Part shown: one piece after another, positions 11,129 through 24,679 of the stretch
Layout: each line of letters begins with the position of its first letter
How positions within the stretch are numbered: the first letter of the stretch is position 1
Made by a program: the position numbers and the translations under genes
Assembly (NCBI GenBank): GCA_003971905.1
Contig: RSEE01000031.1
Location: 372,001-436,000, forward strand
Length of the DNA: 64,000 nt
Reading direction: 5' to 3'
DNA from: Moniliella sp. 'wahieum'
Lineage: Eukaryota
The notes under the pieces: generated by a model
Told to the model about the DNA's origin: nothing
What the model saw: only the letters and a program-made list of their open reading frames with translations
The model's database searches: none

Positions 11129-13053
11129 ATGCCGACCGAAGAGGAGCACACCATCCCGCCATTCTATGGGTGCTACCTTCTCCGGTCATACAGTCCCAAG
11201 CGCCGGGGGGGTGTACATTGGTGTTACCCCCGATCCCAAGCGGCGTAAGCGGCAGCACAATGGCGAGATTGCCGGCGGCGCCTTCCGCACTCGTTGGGGC
11301 CGGCCCTGGGAGATGGATTTGATCGTGTACAACTTTCCCAGCAAGATTGCTACCCTTCACTTTGAGTATGCCTGGTCCTACCCTACCAAAGCCCGTTCTC
11401 TCCGACTCTCTGCGGCGGAAGCGGCCCAGTTTGCTGGCACGGAACCTGGCGACTTTCTTTTGCCTTCTATTTGCGCTCGCACCCGCGGCAAATACGGCGC
11501 TGGGGATGGGGGAGCAAGATGATCATTCTCCGTGCTCTCTTGGCCAGTGAGCCTTTCTCGCATTGGGGCCTACGTGTAGTCATCTTTTCGGAATGGGCTT
11601 GGCGGGCTTGGGTCGACGCGGATGCATTCACAGCCAATCAGGGCGCCGAACATGTGTCCCGAGGGGGTTCCCGTTTCCGCACCGCTCCTTGATCCCTGGC
11701 ATGGTTTGCTCGTGGTCCGGCGTCGACGGGAATAGGGTGGGCATGTTGGCCCATCTTCCTCCGCCTAATGATTTGCCTCTGCGTCCACACCCAACTGCCA
11801 AAGTAGCAGCCGACCCCACCTGGCCGGAGGCGCAGGCCATCCCCAAGCTGGTCTCGAGCATGACTGGCTTGAATTTTCACCCAGGCAAGGCCAAAGAGCT
11901 TGGCTCTACAGAGAAGCAGCACTTGGCCAACGAGCTGAGCCAAGCGCCTGTGTATGCTCGAGCTGCTTTGGACGGATGGGCCGAATGATGGAGCCAGCTT
12001 TCCCTTTCATGACGGTGGCCTGCCCCTTCTGCCCCCCTGATTCGCGTGAGCTCACCAGACCGACAGATTTGATTTGCGGCTCAGTGGGCCAGGTTTGTTC
12101 ATTTCTTGCAGCAGCACCATCTCGCGTACCCTTGGCAAGAGAAGGATCCTACGGTGCCTTGCGCGCTCTGCAACCGCTCGATCACTTGCAAGATGCGTTG
12201 AGCTACTCTCTGTGCGCAGCACCGTATGCTTGCGTCGAGGCTTGCCGCCCCACTGGCGAGCCTGGGATGGGACCGATGTGCACTGCAGCGAAGTCTACCA
12301 CCTGACCTGCTTGGCCGACAACTACTCGCCCGCGCGGGACGAGCCGCTGCTCCTGCCGCTTTCGGGCAAGTGCCCTGGGTGCGTCAAACGCACGGACTGG
12401 CCACCCTTTCAGGCAGCTGGGCCTACATCGTGCGCGCCATGTACCGTCGCAGGGACAAGATGGAGCAAGCGGATTTACCTGGTACCGCACCTTCACGTCG
12501 GCTCCCGCGCTCTCCTACCAAGCGTACCCCTGCCGTCCCGGACTCGCCCGTGCCCAGCGACGCAGAGGAGGACTCGTTTCATGCGCCTCCTCCCATCCAC
12601 GGTTTCTACGTCCACCCTATCCCTCCCCCGTTGCACGCCCCCTTTGCCCGCCACCCCCCTGTCCTTCACATTTGAAGCCAGTCCGTACCTGGACTTACCA
12701 CCCGTAGGTCGCAAAACCCCCTTTTCCACTCGCACCTTACTCGATGCACTTGATGCGGTGGAGGGATCGAGTACCCCTTTGTCCTCAATCACCCCCGACA
12801 AGGATCGAACCGCCTCTCTGCCTCCCCGGACGGCGATCAGAACAACAACCTCCCAACCCAAGTCCAAGCCAAGCCAAAGCCAAAGCAAAGCCAAAGCCCA
12901 AGTCGCACTCCACTCAGCCATTCCCGTCCCGCCTGTCCTCTCGACTTATCTTCAGAGGAGGATTTGTGGCCAGCAGTGCAGCCCCCGCCTCAAGTGCCGC
13001 GGGGTGGATTACGAAGGACTCTCTCTGTGGTCGACTTGGCCTCGTCTGATTGA
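11129..13053 (+). CDS. SLX1: structure-specific endonuclease Slx1 (GIY-YIG + C-terminal RING/PHD-like zinc finger)
   Basis: [69 protein letters not shown]; later [11 protein letters not shown]...[11 protein letters not shown]. Confidence 0.93.
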
Positions 13054-13458
13054 CTCCGGCCGTTCACCTAATTCGTCCCATACCCGCATTTTCTTCGTCC
13101 CCACACCCACATTTTCCTCGTGTTTCCGTCCCGTGCACCAAAATCAGCCAGAGCCCTGATGTTGCTATCTGGTGCGGAGCCTCTGCCCGGGAAGCCAGGG
13201 GGGATTGATCAGGGGTGGCTGGTGGCCGTGCTCTCCCTTGTTTTCTTACCTTGGCCATCCTGCTCGCCACCACTCCACCTCCATCCTTGTTGACCAAGTA
13301 TACAATGGGCAGTTTGGGGTTGCGCTCCTCCCACGCCCCTTTAGCCATCTATGCCTGCCTTACGACCCCCCCCCCCCCACCTACGGGGCTATTTACAGTA
13401 CTGCTTCCACCTATTCAGCTCCACCCTCATGTAATACTCTCCACCTTGCACCTCATCC

Positions 13459-16400
13459 TCAGCACCCCACTGTGCCATCCTTTCCTTTAAATCCCATCAA
13501 CGGCCGTCCCCCCCTGATAATTCCACCCCACCCTCTATGTACGTCGTAGCCGAGGCGTAACCCCGGCCGCGTAGCTTTGCTAACGAGTCGGAAACGATCC
13601 TCTTTCCCCTGCGCACGTACGTTCTTTCCCTGTAGATCCAACTGGGCGAGCAGAGCCTCGCCCTCTTCTCGCTTTGGTGGGCGTAGGGGCGCACACATCT
13701 GTCTTTGGCCCTGGCAGGTGCCGTTTTGTGGCTCGGGTCTTATCGATACGTCCTTCTGCGTTCTCTGTGCATAATAGGCTGCGTCGGGATCCTCACTTGC
13801 CCACAACGCTCCACCTCGCAGTGGTCATCTCCTTGTGCCAGTTGCCCCTGAGAGGCTGGCTCCGTGTCGTGGGGCTTGGCTCGAATGAGCACGTATCGCC
13901 GAATCCTCTGCTTCTGCTTTTGGTCTGCTATCTCTCACTCGTTCCGTCTGTACGATTTGTCCTCGCTGCGTCCAGTTGTACTATATCATCCTGCCCCTCG
14001 CGTCATGCAATAGACCAAGTGCTTGAAAGATGTCGATTGCAGTGGGCAGGGCCACTAGATATCTTGGTGGATAGAAATACCACTACCAGCGACCGGGGAC
14101 TATTGCTGCCGAGGGGGTGGGTCGGATCCACAGTGGGGATCCACTGGGACCCCTGGCGGGTTTGGAGGAAGATTTCGGCATCGTCATCGGGTGCGCGCCA
14201 CGAGCCCGGGGCGGCAGGGAGGACGCTGGAAACGAGAAAACAGGCGCCGACGCGGAGCATGCCTTCCAGCTCTGCCGCGCCCCATACGGTCATCTGGGCT
14301 GTGCGAGGGGTAGAGCGCGCCTTGCGCGCTTGGCGCACCGCTAACCCGGCTCGGCCGGCCGGGTCGTGGAGCGGAACGGGCGGGATGGCATCTTCTACCT
14401 TGATCACCCGGAACGTGCGCATCGTCGGGGCGGCACGCGCTCGTCCAGCTCGGCTTGCAGTTGATGCGCCGCCTCTTGCTCTTCCGATTCTTGGCGCGCT
14501 TGCGCGGCTCGGAGAAGAGAGACTCGTACCTTGCTTCCGCTGGGACAGAGGCGGTGCAGCGCCAAGAGAGGCTCCGACGCAGCAAACAGTTGGTCCAGCA
14601 ATGCTTCGTCGGCCTCCCCAGCGTCCTCCTCTTTCCCTGGCGCCGATTCAAGTTCCATACTCAGCGCTTGCACCACCTCCCGTGCCCGGGTGAGACGGTC
14701 GGAGCAAGCTTGGTGGAGTTGGTCTTGGACGTCCAGTCGCTCCTTTTCCCACTTGGCCTGGTGCTCCATTTCCTCCGAGGCGGAATGGACCGAACCACGA
14801 GAGGCCGTGGCGTCGAGGTAGCCCATATCAAACACCTTGGTCACCCGAATCCGTACCAACCCAGCTTTGCCTCCTTCGGGGCTCAACGAGCGCAGGAGCT
14901 GATCCAGGCGTGCGGCGGAAGCCGAGCTTGGTGTCCCAGGGTGCCAAGTGGGTGCCGTTGGCATGCAAACTGAGCGTCATGCTATCCGAGCTGTCCAGCG
15001 CTTCAACAGGACCTCCATTGCACTACAGGGTAGAACCAAGTCAGCTTCGATGCCAGCCAATCCTACACAAAAGCAGGGAAACTCAACGTACTTTGGCGCC
15101 CCAGACCGACAACTTGTGTCCCCCGGATTCGACCGCGATGCAGCGCATCAAACAAGGGTTGATCCAGCAGCCCCGGACGGTGTACCAGCCATCGGTCAGC
15201 ACCATCGATGGCTGCAACACCTCCACCCCACCACTTTCCTCAGACGCTCCATACTCCAACCGGTACACACACAACACCAAGGGCTGTGTCGAGGGTACAT
15301 CGTGCTGCTTGATGCGGTTGAGCGCCGAGCGTTGACCCTGGTTCACTTCCCGCTCGTACCGGTACCGAATCTGTCGCACCACCTCGTTCCACGACCACCA
15401 GTGGGAGGCGCGGTGCGGTTCGTGCCGTGCCATCGCAGCCAACTTCCACAGGATCATACCCCAATGGTGTCGAACCCAGGGGAGCGTCAGGTGGGTGGCG
15501 CCCAGGCTGCGAACGAGAGGGAGTACCTGGGCGGGCCCCAGGGTGGTGTGGAGCGAAGTCGGGGAAAGAAACTCGAAATGGTGTGCCATCCAGGGCTGAT
15601 TGAGCACCGTAAACACCTCGACCGGACAACCTCGCGCAGCGGCTTGGGCTTGGGACACGCTCTCGGGCTCAATCCCGGCCTGGGCCAGCCCCATTCGCTG
15701 AGGAGCATGGGAAACGTCCAGGTCAAACAGCGGATGACGAGATGGGGAGGCAGCACTGGACGAAGCAGCTGAGCTTGTGATGGCCGGGTACGCTGGGGAA
15801 CGCAAAGGCGTGCGTACCGCCGTGCCACTAAGATGAGAAGACGATAGAGGCGAGGCGGTCGTTCCAACAGGGGGGGGGCGGGGGCGGGATAGGACGCACG
15901 CCTGCTTTGAAAGGCGTCTTGAACGCCTTCCGCCTGGTTGGGGGGATGGCCGAGCTCGAACCAGGATGGGAGCTGTCCGACGGCCAGCAGAAGAGGCACG
16001 GGAAGCAGAACGACTAAGAGGAGCAATGCGAGGGCGCGATGCAGGAGAAGGGGTAATGGCAGGAGGGAAGGCAGCAGGGCGCTTGTGGAGGGAGAAGGTG
16101 GAGCTGACGGCACGCGCTTGGGTGGCGCCAGCGACCGATGCGGCAGGGAGGGGACAAGTGGGCTGTATGGGTGTGGATATTGAGCGCTGTGATCCGCCTA
16201 AACGCGCAGCAGGGATGGGAAGGACCGAAGGGAGACGGGCAGCGGGCGTGATACAGGCAGAAGCCGAGGACAAGAGCTTGTGCTTCTCGGACGGAGGAAG
16301 CGGGGTAGCGGCTCGACTGAGAGCAGACCGCTGTTCTTCCCGGTCCCATTCTTCCATCTTGGTCCGGGCAAGGAGGAGTTGCTGCTCGCTAGGGAGCGGC

Positions 16401-16883
16401 AGGGCGTGGCCCTTGGCGGTGACAAAGGTGCCGGGAGGAACGTCAGGGAAGACGGAGGCGGGGGGGCTGTGCTGGTGTGGGTTGGCAGATGAGAGCGACA
16501 AGGGCTGGGATGCCAGCAAAGCAGAAGATGATGGCTTGTTTGGAGCGGCTGGGGCCGGGCGGGAGGGCGTATCGGCGGGGAGGGGGCCATGTAGGAAGCT
16601 CGTGTCGTCGCCCACGTCGGTGCTGGCGTCGGCGATCTGGTCTGGCGTGGCCGCGGGAGGGGTGTGGTCGAGTGGGGGGGTGGGGGCCGGGGATGGGGAG
16701 GGGGGGGCGGGCGAGGGCATTACGACCCGAGGAGGAGGGGCAGTGGATGGGGGAGATGGAGGAGATGGTGGTGGTGGTGAAGAGAGAGAAGGAAGAACGA
16801 AGAGATGTGCCGTGGCTGCTCTCCTCAGACCAGCGCGCCTGACACGCTTTTAAACAAGCGCATCCCCCTCCCCAACGTGGCAT
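13459..16883 (-). CDS. BRH2: BRCA2 homolog Brh2 (one BRC repeat, helical domain, OB folds, tower); both ends uncertain
   Basis: FVTAKGHALPLPSEQQLLLARTKM (BRC-like FxxA); WVRHHWGMILWKLAAM; VVRQIRYRYEREVNQGQRSALNRI; PLVLCV; LTDGWY; SLHANGTHLAPWDTKLGF. Confidence 0.92.
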
Positions 16884-17130
16884 GGGGCACCGGCGTGCCA
16901 CGCGTTGGTTTCAATGTTGCACACCGCCTCCCCGATCGGCGTCGGTCGACCCCACCTAATCAATATTCAACCACCTCGCCCCTCCGCTCCCTGGGCGGGA
17001 TCAGGTCCATTCCCAGCACGTTCACCACCGCCGTCGCCATCCATACTTGCTCGTGCGCGCCTCCCTCCACACACCCGACTCACACCGCAGACCACTCTTA
17101 CGCACCCCTCCTCGACGCCCTCCCCGCCCC

Positions 17131-19565
17131 ATGCCGCCCTTCCAGCCGGCGCTCATCGCACGGCTCAGGCAACCCAACGCCTCCCCTGCCGCCGCATCGG
17201 AGAATGCGGCCGAGATGCCACAGAGCAACGCTAACGTGGACAGCACCGCATCTAGGGATAGGACCGGGACCGTGATTGATACCTTGCTGCTCAATGTGCC
17301 CCCGCCCCGCGGTCCATCTCCTCGTCATCGTCGTCGGTCGGCACAGCTGCGGGAGATGTGTCCGGAAGCGTCTCTGCGGTAGATCGCTCGGTCGCTTCAG
17401 GGAGTATGCACCTTCCTCCCATCGCGCCCTCGGCGACAGCCACCTTGTCCGACGGTATGCCTCGATCTTACACTTCCTCCACCCATGCCTCCCTCGAAGC
17501 GTCCGACGCACCCGCCACCGCCACCGCCCTCGACCTGCTGCGCTCCGTGTCGAAAAAGACGGCCCAAGCTGACGCTATGGCCGCCGCACAAAGACGATTT
17601 CTTGGAAAGGGAAGGCAACCCGTCGAACCTCCTATCTTCCCCTCTGTCGCTATTGAGCAGCAGGCGACTCATCCAGACCAAGCCTGCGTTGTCTCCCCCG
17701 TGCCGCTCGAGGAGATCAAAGACGACCAACCCGAAACCAGTACGTTGTCCTCTTTCTTCCTGACTGGTATTGGAGCAGAAGCCTGACGTGCCAATTTGCA
17801 GTCACACCCCATGACGCACTCGAGGTGCGGGTCGAACGCTGCTACTATGTGATGACAGCGGCGGGGAAGCCTGTTTACATTAGCCCGCCCTCGTCAGTCC
17901 TCCTTGGCCTATCGGGGCGCCTCAAGCACCAGACGACAAGGATGGGCCAATGCCAGCAGACGGCGTGCCAACCCCCCAGACGGAAGCCGAAGAGGAGACA
18001 GAGAAGTCCATGACCCGTGTTGGCGTCCTGGCCGCCCTGGCTGCCATTTACGCTGCTGGTGGCGACCGACTGCGCCGCTTATCAGTCGATGGGGGGAACA
18101 TCACTTTCCTCGCTCGCGGCCAGCTGCTCCTAGTTTGCGTCAGCCGCTTGGCCCACAGCCCTGCCTCTTCGTCTCCGCCCGAGACGGTTTGCTACCCGGA
18201 CCCCGAGGTCGTGACCCGGGCCCGGCTCGAGGCGTTGCACGCACAGATCCAGGCCCTCCTTTCCCCCGCAGCCTTGGGCGCTCTGTTCAAGCGGTCGGCC
18301 GGTGCAGATCCTGGTCGGCTCCTGGGGGGAAGCGGGACGTCGCGCGTCTTGGCTTCTGCCTTACTCCAAGCGCACGAAGACCGCGCGCTGTTGACAGGCG
18401 CCATCCAGCCTGCCCGCCTGCCCCTCCACCTCCGCGAGCAGCTGGGCGCCCTTCTTCGTCCTGCCGATGCCAGTGGGACGGGCATGTCAACGACCCATTC
18501 GGCGCGGCCCAAGGACCTACTCTACGCCATGTTCCTCCACCATCGCCACATCCTCCAAATTGCCCGGCCACGACGACACAGCGCCCACCGACCGACATTG
18601 CTGCCTTGCTCAACACCATCTTCTCCACTTCGCGCCGGGCGAATTGGAGGCAGAACACTTTCTCCCCTTTCCCTCCCCAAGTTTGCCCCCCAAGGGTTTG
18701 TCTACGTTTACTCGGCCACCATTGACCTTTCGTTGTCCCGCCCCAGTAAGTCGCCCCACCACCGCGCTCACCGCTCGGTGAGCAGCACAACCACCAGCTC
18801 GTTGCGTGACGAGCACGACCCCGCCGTCTCGCGTCCTTCGACCGCCGCTCTTGCCTGCCTCCCCTTCTTCTTCGTCTGTTCCGGCCTCCGATACCCCCCC
18901 CACATCACCTTGTGCTTTGTGAGCGCAGACCGCGAAGCGCTTCCTCTCCTCCAACAATGGCGGGGCGAGATTGAACAGGTACGTCCCCCCCCCCCACCCC
19001 CTTCTCTTCTTTACTGCAAGTGCGACAACGGTGCACTAACCACGAGCTTTGTCCTGGCCCAGGCGTTGCGCCATGCTTCGTTGCACACCCGCTTGGTCGC
19101 TGCGCTACCGCGGACGTCGTACTCGGTAGCGCAAGTGCCCGTGGCGGGCCTACGGCACTTTGTGTACAAGAGCCGAGTGAATGCGCAAGCCACCGCGCCC
19201 ACCTGGTTCCCCGGCTGCGCCTACCGGCCGCACTCGGTCGCCACCCGGCTCAACCGGCTGTACGACCAGGCGTACGACGCGCTGCATGCGCCGTGTCACC
19301 GGCCGCGGCCTAGCGCGCGCGACGCGGCCGAGGCCGAGGCCGGGGCAAAGCAACCCTGCCTCGCTCGCCGCGCCGCCGCTCAAGATGCACTGTCTTGCCA
19401 CGGCCCATGAGGTGGTCCTGGCGTGGCTTACCGAGCCGTTTGAGCTCTACTCGCCTCCCGCCCGGCAGCACCAAGCAGGCGGCGGTGCAGGCGGCGAATG
19501 CGACGGCACGCTGGGTCAAGAAGCACGAGACGGTGCTCTTCTTGCTGTCGCCCCCGGTGTTTTAG
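17131..19565 (+). CDS. MON1: vacuolar fusion protein Mon1 (Ypt7/Rab7 GEF subunit)
   Basis: YYVMTAAGKPVY; RARLEALHAQI; LSLPKFAPQGFVYVY; GLRHFVYKSRVNAQ; VLAWLTEPFELY; ANATARWVKKHETVLFL. Introns near 17767-17800, 18979-19062. Confidence 0.9.
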
Positions 19566-20268
19566 CTGCCAGCCGGCGAGCATCGGGAACCCGACGTGGC
19601 AGGCCAGCCGGGCGGATCAGGGCCGCATGAAGCTTGAAGCATGAAGCGCACGAAGGATGCATTCCCTCTTGGCTACTCTCCATGGTGGGTGACATGCATG
19701 ACAGAGGCAGCAGGCACACCGTAGTGGAGCGTGGATGCGTGGGTCGTGTGCGCGTGGCAACGCAACTTTCAACGCCTACCTGCCACCTGAACATTGCAAA
19801 CGGGAGTGCGCTTGCGGGCAATATTCAGGCCTAGGATCGGCCAGGAGATGGACTGCTGCTGCGCCGTGGGATCCGTGAGAAGACACCGGGTGGATGATTG
19901 ATGCGATGACGCGCACCTGGGCCTGGGCCTGGGCCTGATCGGCAAGGATGGATGGGTGGCGATCGAGGATCGACAGCCGGTCGCCGCCCGCCGCAGCAGA
20001 GGGACAGTGTGGGTTAGGTAACACTATTGAAAGCACCCACGACCCACTGCGTCATAGGGAGCTTCAAGCTTCAAAGCTTCAACCTCTGCCGTCCCAACCG
20101 CCCTCCCGCGTGGCTCCGTCCGTTTCCGCTTTCCGCTCCGCTTCCGCCTCCCCGCTTGCCCTCTCGCAGCGACCCACCCACCATCCTCCTTGCCCTCCCC
20201 GCCCTCCTCGTCACATCGCCCTCATCGCCCGCATCGCCACCGCCACCGCCTAAGCCACCGCCTACGCC

Positions 20269-21394
20269 ATGTCGGCCATCTACTCCATCTACACCTCCCC
20301 AACCACGCCCCCATCCCCAACCACCTCCCCACCCTCATCGTCACCCCCTACGGCCAGCCCCACCACACCCTGTCAGTCCCCCCTCCCTTACCCCCGTCCT
20401 CCCCCCCCCCCGCTCCTCTGCTAACATCAGCTTTCACTCCAGCTACTCGTACATCCACACCAACTACAACAAGGAGTGCTATCTCCTCACCCCTTCGCCC
20501 CAGGGCGACCTGTGTGTGGCCAAGATGCTGCCCCCGCCCGGCTCCCGCGGCCTTGGTCTCCCCTCCGAGCCCATCCGCGGCGACCGCAGTGTCCGGTGCG
20601 AGGCGTCGCGCAACCTCAAGTGGAGCATCAGCAACACGGGCATCATGCACCCGTCTACAAACTCACCCTCCAACCCCGACTCGCCCGGGAGCGAGCAGCC
20701 TCTGTTCCAGATCTCCAAGCCCAACCCGCACGCGCACTGGTGGACGCTGTTCTACTTTACCTATGCCGGCCACCTCATCCCGCCCAAGCGCGTCGAGTTT
20801 GGCAAGATCCAAAAGTCCTCTGGCTCCACCGGCGGCACCCGCGTCTCCATCACGGGCAAGACGCCCGAGGAAAAAGCCGTGTGGCAGACGCTGGGCGAAG
20901 GCAACGAGGACATGGTCGAGGGATCGTGCTCTGCGCCGCGTCAACGTTGGACGATGAGATCATCAAGGCGCCAGCGAAAAGGCCGGTGTGCGCCGGTCGC
21001 CCGGGCCCGGGCCAAGCCCAGCCCCAAGCCCAAGCCCAAGCTGCCGTCCAGTCCAGTCGGCCGGCCGCCGGACCTGCACCCGGGTCCGCCCGCGCCCAGC
21101 GCCCCGGCTTGGCCAGCCCGTGCCGCGCAACGCCGGTCCGCCCCGCAAACCGCCGCGCCTCCCACCCAGTTCGCGCCGGCCCGTCATGCCGCCCGCGGAC
21201 GCGGGCCGCCGCAAGGGTATGGCCTCCGGCGGCTACCCGGCGCACCAGGCGCCCCCGGCCGGCTACCCCGGTCAACAGCAGCCTGCACCGGCCTGGGTAC
21301 GCCGCCCACACCCGCCCCGCCCGCAGCGTACCCGTCTGGCAATGGCGGGTACCAGGCGCCCATGCCGCAGCAGGCGCATGCGCGCCGCTACTAG
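20269..21394 (+). CDS. hypothetical protein with a globular N-terminal domain and Pro/Gly/Tyr-rich tail
   Basis: ATG at 20269, clean intron 20372-20430 (GTCAGT...CTAACATCAG), strongly GC3-biased frame ..LFQISKPNPHAHWWTLFYFTYAGHLIPPKRVEFGKIQK..EEKAVWQTLGEGNEDMVE. Confidence 0.75.
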
Positions 21395-22833
21395 TCCCTC
21401 TCTTCTGCCCGTCCATGGGGAAAAAACGAGGGAGCGGGAGAGCAAAGGAGAGAAAAGGAGAGGAAGCAGTGACTGGAGCACCTACCCACCTTGTACTTGG
21501 ACTTGAAATTGGACCTGCATTGGCATTGGCATTGGACTCGCACCGTACCGGTACCCACACCCGCCCCGTACCCTCCCCGCTCCACCTATTTCTTCTTATG
21601 TCTTGTCCTCTGCTCGCCTGCCTGTTGCTTTCCCCCCTTTCCTTCTCCTTCACTTTCTTTTTTTTGTTCCCTCTCCTTCTCCCTCTGTTTCTCCTTCTGC
21701 GTTTGCTTCTCCTTCCTCTTCTTCGCCCCGGTTTTGCTTCTCCTCTCTTCCTCTCTTTTTTGGGCGCCACTGTGCGTAGCTGGACTGTATGCTTTTTTAC
21801 CCTCCCTTCCCGCCCCTCCCCTTCGTGCCTCCGGTTGTTTGATCACGGTCCGATCTCGTTTCCTGATCCCTTGGCTAGGCGGGGAACTCGGCAAGGGCCA
21901 AGGCGCCTCACCTCCTGCCTGCCTTTCAGCATCCTACATCCCTCCACGAAGCCCGAGGCCAATCGTAGCTAGCCTCGAGCGCCCCAACTCATTTTCAGCC
22001 TTGTGGCAACGCGGTGGGGCAGGCAGGTAGGGTGGTCGAGAGCTGTAGAGAGAATGCACGGAGCGAAGGATGGGCCAAGAGGGAGACACAAGAGCCTAGC
22101 GCGAGTGGGAAGTGATATTCGATCAGGCCTCAGGTAACTGGTGACCGCCGCGGCCTGGATGGAAGCACGTGGCATGCCGGGAGCTCGGCACCTCGGCTGC
22201 TCGCTCGCGCCCCTGGCGACTGGGTTTGCGGCTTGCCAGGTCCACCGTTCTGGCCGGCTGGGCATAGGAGCAGATGCCAGCGCGTACGACGGCCTAAGGC
22301 CGAAGGTGCCTGCGGTACGCTACCGTGTGTGCTCCTGTGCGCCTCGCGCGCGGACACAGCGCTGGTGCTGGGAGGGCCTGGTGTGGCCAGCCGGCGTGGG
22401 GGCAGTGTAAGTCCGTGCAGGCGCCGGAGTACGGTGGTCGGTGGCTTGGCTGCAGCATTCGCTACGCTACTCGCGATTGGGCATGCAAGCGGCTCGGTGT
22501 GGGGCTGCGGGCGATAGGCGCTGGGGACATGCCCATCCCCCCTTGCGTTCCCCCCAGCGGCCTGCGCAGCATCGGGGGCGCTTCTGTGATGTTTGTGTTG
22601 TGTTGTGGGTGTGATATCTGCACCCGCAGGTGGTATAGGCGGTGGGATGCTATGCTATAGCTGGAGTATACTCTCTTGCGGAGGGTGGCCAGCCGTCGAT
22701 GTGCGTCTCCACCAGCCATCGCTTCCCTCCACCAGGCAAACGCCTGCGGCAGCTCAGCACAGCAGCCTCCCTCCCCGCCCCCTTCCGCCCCTGCCCCTCT
22801 CTCGTCTCTCGCCCCGCCTGTGCGCCACCACCC

Positions 22834-24400
22834 ATGCCCCCTCTCCCCGCCCTGCTGCTGCTGCTGCTGCTGCTCCTACGCCTGCTACGCCCGCCACGAC
22901 TGCCACGCCCAGTGCTTCCGATCCCTGCCCTGCTTCGTGTGTCCGACGTGCGCAAAGTCATTCGCCCGCCACGACCTCCTCCGCCGCCACGTCGCCCGCG
23001 AGAAGCGCAACGCCGCCCTGCCCCGCCAAAAGTCCTGCCTCGAGTGTGCACGCACCAAAACCAGGTGCGACCTCACCGTCCCCTGCGCCCGCTGCCGCAA
23101 AAGGCACCAGCCTTGTGTGAGTCTCCCTCCCCCCCCCCTCCTTTCCCCTTCCCACCGCTTTTTGCCCTGGGCGTTCGTATGAGCCTCCCTCCCTCTCCCT
23201 CTACACCGTCTTGCTTGGATGGCACGGATCGACTGACCATGCCATGCGGCGGTGGGCACTGCAGCGACAGGTGTACGCCACCACCTCGGCCAGCGCAACA
23301 CGTGCCCGCGCTCATTCGGCTCCCAGCAGGTGTCTCTGGGCCCTCCACCGCCCAAGATGGCCTTCAGTGCGGACCACAAGTGGGGGAAGAGGGGATCTCC
23401 TCCTATACGCTGGGTGCCCCCTCACCCACTCCCTGTTACGATCCACCGCCCGACCAGGAGCCGGCGTCTGTAATGCCCCCCTTCTCATTGCAGGAGGCCT
23501 GCCGCCTTCCCGCCGGGACCACCGATGTCTCTTGCATGCACATACCCCATCGCCTCTGTTTCCCACGTTTCCTGATGCGCACGCTTTCACGCCCACACCA
23601 CGTATACCTCACCTGCAGTGGTCAAAGCATCTTCGGCTTGGTCCCATGACGGCCATACCACCAACAACGCCTCTTCCCTCAGCGAGCAGCAGCAACAAAC
23701 CACCATCTCTCACTTTGTCAACCACAACCTCTGCCTTCTTCCCACGTCCGCCACTCGGCTGGAACTCAAGCCAACAACACACATTGATACCTCCCTCCCA
23801 TTTCTTTGGATCCCTTTGTAAATATCAAGTGGGATAATCTCTTTCCCAGCATGCCACCAAGTATGACTCAATTCTACCATGCCGCCTGCTCATCTGGGGT
23901 ATCTGAATTCATCCGGCGCTGAAGCCTCTCTGGACTCGCTTTTCCTCTCTTCAACAGTCACCGACACCGACACTCTCTCTCCCGATCCCGATCCGTGCGT
24001 TCTCGCCCTCCCGTGACGCCCATTGTAACCGACGTCACCGGCTCCAATCCCCGTCTGCGGGGACGCTTTCAGGAGGCAGGCTTTCGGCGTTGAAAGTCCC
24101 CTCGGCGCTACTGCCGGAAGCGTGGCTGGCCGAGCCATGAGTAGTGTCTATTGGCATATGCTGTGAGAGAAGAAAACTGCCCCAGCTACTTATGTTCTTT
24201 CCATGGGCTGTGCTGAGATGATCGCGGCGAGGAACATGGTGAGGATGGCGCAATGGCGCCGATGCTCCGTGTTGCTCCACATGTTGCCTTGCGCCAATAA
24301 TCTGAACCAATTGACAATTGGTGCCCGTATGTTGGGGGACGTTGATGTATGATGTATCACTGATGGGTGAAGGAGTGGCGTGGCCATATCTATATACTAG
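22834..24400 (+). CDS. transcription factor with a C2H2-like finger followed by a Zn(II)2Cys6 cluster; 3' end uncertain
   Basis: FVCPTCAKSFARHDLLRRH then KSCLECARTKTRCDLTVPCARCRKRHQPC (Cx2Cx6Cx5Cx2Cx6C); GTGAGT donor at 23117; poly-Ala from a CTG run. Confidence 0.8.
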
Positions 24401-24679
24401 CAAAAATGTTCGCCAGTCTCTCGTATATCCATGTGTTGTGTGTGCCACACATTGTCTCTTCCCCAACATACAGAAGAAAGCGGGGAGTGGCAGGTGGAAG
24501 TATATACACACACCAACAGATCGCACCCGCGAGTCCAGCCCCTCGTCTTCTCCCCATCCCCTTGCCGCCTAAAAAGCAAAAGCACATACCGGCTTTTTTG
24601 CTTCGTCTCCACACATCCACACCACCAAATATACTCCGCCAGGTCCCTGCTTCCTTTTTTCCCTTTATTCACGACAGCT

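Noticed and set aside
23649..23671. ACGGCCATACCACC resembles the 5' end of 5S rRNA
   Set aside because: Similarity stops after about 14 nt, there is no internal control region or terminal stem, and it lies within the TF coding region.
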